From Carpediemonas membranifera BICM (lineage: Eukaryota; Protista; Fornicata): a stretch of DNA of 18,103 nucleotides. Positions 17,799 through 18,103 of this stretch are shown here, piece by piece. Below the pieces are notes generated by a model. It was not told where the DNA came from. It did no database searches and was given only the letters and a program-made list of their open reading frames with translations. Numbering within the stretch: the stretch's first letter is position 1; every line of letters begins with the position of its first letter. Where the stretch lies: positions 1 through 18,103 of the forward strand of contig JAHDYR010000027.1 in NCBI GenBank assembly GCA_019828565.1, given 5' to 3'. The translations under genes were made by a program, and so were the position numbers.

Positions 17799-18074
17799 AC
17801 TGCGTCTCTCCACTTCAATTAGCTTGCCCGGAGGCGAAGACTAGCGGCTGGTAAGCCGAAATTGGTGTGTTGGGGTTATAGTTGGGAAGACGGGCTGGAG
17901 GTCTTGGATTTCTGAAAGCACTGGCTTGATACTGTGCATCCGTCATGAGGCCGCAATCCAAGATGTTCTGTGCAGCAGTCTTGTCTCTATGGGAGAGATT
18001 GAGCCCCCGACGATGATGACTGACTATCGAAATATCACTCTCAAGAAGAAGGAAGGGAGAGCGGGAAGGGGTAA

Positions 18075-18103
18075 TGAAGTATCATAGAGTGCACAGTGCA
18101 AGC
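18075..18103 (+). repeat. 29-bp direct repeat, copy 2 (runs to the window end)
   Basis: TGAAGTATCATAGAGTGCACAGTGCAAGC; may continue beyond the window. Confidence 0.85.

Noticed and set aside
17770-18103. CRISPR array
   Set aside because: Only two copies, a 276-bp spacer, no cas genes and a eukaryotic context.
1-18103. Bacterial contig or operon interpretation based on hcp and the dehydrogenase
   Set aside because: Spliceosomal introns and Eco1, AK6 and SMARCAL1-like genes are interleaved on the same sequence.

Overview
A gene-dense eukaryotic window, not a bacterial one. Evidence: three tiny (29-35 nt) GT-AG introns whose removal restores reading frames and a conserved motif, very short intergenic regions, and eukaryote-type genes (Eco1, AK6/Fap7, SMARCAL1-like SNF2 ATPase). 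An anaerobe-type enzyme (hybrid cluster protein) and introns with the branch point fused to the 3' splice site suggest an anaerobic protist, plausibly a Carpediemonas-like metamonad (inference). Nine protein genes are supported: a ~1400-aa multidomain WD40 protein, a bacterial-type D-2-hydroxyacid dehydrogenase with an N-terminal extension, a 3-exon FG-GAP-like surface protein, an orphan coiled-coil protein, ornithine aminotransferase (2 exons), hybrid cluster protein, a SMARCAL1/ZRANB3-like helicase, AK6/Fap7 and an Eco1-like acetyltransferase that appears to lack its zinc finger. The last ~800 bp has no clear gene but carries a 29-bp direct repeat running to the window edge. No tRNA, rRNA, CRISPR array or transposase was recognised. 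I found several unusual individual features but no multi-gene system I can demonstrate from sequence alone.
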